DNA of 62,437 nucleotides, filler included, from Planctomycetota bacterium (GTDB lineage Bacteria; Planctomycetota; Planctomycetia; JALXBF01): NCBI GenBank assembly GCA_026991575.1. It is 5 parts of 5 records of this genome, joined end to end, with 100 filler letters (N's around TTAATTAATTAA, not from the genome) between each part and the next. Parts side by side here need not be neighbours in the genome. Positions count along the whole stretch, not along the records: positions 60,567 to 62,437 come from JALXBF010000062.1; 4 more parts are not named here. One strand, 5' to 3'. Shown piece by piece: positions 60,567 to 62,437 of this stretch (position 1 is its first letter; each line of letters starts with the position of its first letter). The notes under the pieces were generated by a model. It saw only the letters and a program-made list of their open reading frames with translations, ran no database searches and was not told where the DNA came from. The position numbers and the translations under genes were made by a program.

Positions 60567-61104
60567 TCATCCAATCGATACCCAGGCGGCCGGCCAAGGG
60601 GGCGTAAAGGTCCATCGTCTCCCGGGCCACCTCCAGTTGTCGCTCCCGGGGCGAGTGCTCCAAGGTCTGCATGTCGTGTAAGCGGTCGGCCAAGCGGATG
60701 AGGATCACCCGCACGTCGGCGGCCATCGCCAACAGCAGTTTACGGACGTTGCCCGCCTGGTGCGCCTCGCGGCTGGCGTAACGGACGTTTGTGATCTTGG
60801 TGGTGCCCTTGACGAGGTTGAGCACGTCCTCCCCAAACCGCCTGGCCACCTCTTTCTCGTCTGCTGGCGGCTGCTCCTTCAACACCGAATGGAGCAGGCC
60901 AGCAAGGATTGTATTGACATCCAGGCGCATGGAGGCGAGGATATGCGCCACCTCCAAAGGATGGGAGATGTACGCCTCGCCGGAATCCCGCTTGCGGCCC
61001 TCGTGCACCTGGGAGGCGAACTCGTACGCCTCCCTGATCCGCCGCCGCCCCTCCTCCGGGATATAGTCGGCCACCAGATGAACGATGTTGTCGATGACCA
61101 ACAT
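60567..61104 (-). CDS. RelA/SpoT family protein N-terminus, 3' truncated
   Basis: H.G..R.SGEAYISHPLEVA, LADRLH.M.TL, ETMDLYAPLAGRLGI. Confidence 0.92.
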
Positions 61105-61109
61105 GGCCG

Positions 61110-62437
61110 TCAGGTCAAAAGGCCAAGCACCGCGTCCACCACACCGTCCAGCTCCACGTTCAGGGTCTCGCCGTCCCGCCGACGCCGCACCTCCACGCGG
61201 CCTTCGCTCAGGTAGCGCCGGCCAACGGTGACCCGCACCGGGATCCCGATGAGGTCAGCGTCCTTGAACTTGATGCCCGGCCGCTCGTCCCGGTCGTCCA
61301 CCAGCACGTCGAGCCCAGAGGCGGCCAGATCCTGGACGATCCCGTCCACCACCTCACTCACGTTGTCCTTGCGCGTGGAAAGATCGAGCACCGTGACGGC
61401 GAACGGGGCGATGGGCGCCGGCCAGACGATGCCGTCCGCATCGTGGTTTTGTTCGATGGCCGCGGCAATGGTGCGGCTGACACCAATGCCGTAACAGCCC
61501 ATGACAAAGTGCCGCTGTTTACCCTCTGCATCCAGGAACGTCGCGCCCATCGCCTCGCTGTACGCGGTGCCGAGCTTGAAGATATGGCCCACCTCGATAC
61601 CACGGGTGAGCCGCAGTCCTGCGCCGCAGCGGGGGCAGCGGTCCTCCTCGGTGACCATCCGCAGATCGGCGTACTGCTCCACGGCGAAGTCCCGGCCGGG
61701 ATTGACGTTACGCAGATGGGCGTCCGGCTCATTGGCGCCGGTCACCGCATTGACCATGCGCTGCACCTCCAAGTCGGCCACCACCCGCAGCCGGCAGCCA
61801 ACCGGCCCGAGGTAACCGACGGGAACGCCGACAGCTTCCTGTACCGCAGCATCGTCAGCCAGATCTACTTCCAAAGCGCCAAGCAGGTTCTGCAGCTTGA
61901 CCGGCTGCACCTCATGGTCGCCGCGCACCAGCACGGCCACCGGATCGCCGTCGGCCAGATAGACCAAGGTCTTGATCAACCGTTTCGGCGAAACGCCGAG
62001 AAACTCGGTCACCTCTGCCACCGACCGCTTTCCTGGCGTGGCGACCTTTTCCAGCTCTGCCGGCGGCTCCCCAGCGCCCACGACCGGCGCGGGCCGACAG
62101 GTGGCCTTTTCCAGGTTGGCGGCATAATCGCAGCCGTGACAGACAACGATGGTGTCCTCGCCAGTATCGGCCAACACCATGAACTCATGGGAAAAGCTGC
62201 CGCCAATGGTGCCGGTGTCCGCCTCCACGGCGCGAAAAGCGAGACCGCAGCGGGCAAAGATCCGCATATAGGCGTCGTACATCCGGCGATAGGTGGCCTC
62301 AGCCCCTGCCTCGTCGGCGTCAAAGCTGTAACCGTCCTTCATGATGAACTCCCGGCCGCGCATGAGGCCGAACCGCGGCCGGATCTCGTCCCGAAACTTG
62401 GTCTGGATCTGGTAGAGATTCTTGGGCAGATCCCGGT
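61110..62437 (-). CDS. proS: Proline--tRNA ligase, 5' truncated
   Basis: Frame open to the window end: YQIQTKFRDEIRPRFGLMRGREFIMKD, GIEVGHIFKLG, MGCYGIG, KFKDADLIG. Confidence 0.97.
   Translation of the reverse strand, partial: RDLPKNLYQIQTKFRDEIRPRFGLMRGREFIMKDGYSFDADEAGAEATYRRMYDAYMRIFARCGLAFRAVEADTGTIGGSFSHEFMVLADTGEDTIVVCHGCDYAANLEKATCRPAPVVGAGEPPAELEKVATPGKRSVAEVTEFLGVSPKRLIKTLVYLADGDPVAVLVRGDHEVQPVKLQNLLGALEVDLADDAAVQEAVGVPVGYLGPVGCRLRVVADLEVQRMVNAVTGANEPDAHLRNVNPGRDFAVEQYADLRMVTEEDRCPRCGAGLRLTRGIEVGHIFKLGTAYSEAMGATFLDAEGKQRHFVMGCYGIGVSRTIAAAIEQNHDADGIVWPAPIAPFAVTVLDLSTRKDNVSEVVDGIVQDLAASGLDVLVDDRDERPGIKFKDADLIGIPVRVTVGRRYLSEGRVEVRRRRDGETLNVELDGVVDAVLGLLT

Overview
High-GC bacterial sequence made of five contigs joined by artificial 100-nt linkers (N44-TTAATTAATTAA-N44 at 25754-25853, 51059-51158, 58456-58555, 60467-60566), so gene neighbourhoods must not be read across those points. 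Gene content (DUF1559, DUF1598, PVC-type heme CxxCH protein, FHA protein, MfnB) points to a Planctomycete, probably a MAG. The last contig (proS-relA) may come from another organism. Most of the window is housekeeping or metabolic: tRNA-Glu, trxA, fpr, tungsten AOR, sufSU, argA, xerC, rnd, folE. The most interesting region is a co-oriented cluster at about 17.46-22.38 kb. A sigma70-like promoter there has a (TG)8 microsatellite as its whole -35/-10 spacer (15 nt, one repeat short of optimal, so a candidate phase-variable switch). It precedes a MauE/DoxX-CxxC protein, a secreted 10-Cys defensin-like peptide, a membrane-anchored exported protein, a GT-C (PMT/ArnT-like) glycosyltransferase, and a DUF1573-like protein interrupted by an in-frame TGA followed by a SECIS-like hairpin (candidate selenoprotein). 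A PEP-CTERM LamG protein and a second GT-C gene lie next to it. A second accessory operon (hypothetical, MoxR-like AAA ATPase, DUF2201/vWA protein, UvrD helicase with inserted DEDDh exonuclease) lies at 42.4-49.0 kb. All family calls are from motif recognition by eye, not database searches.
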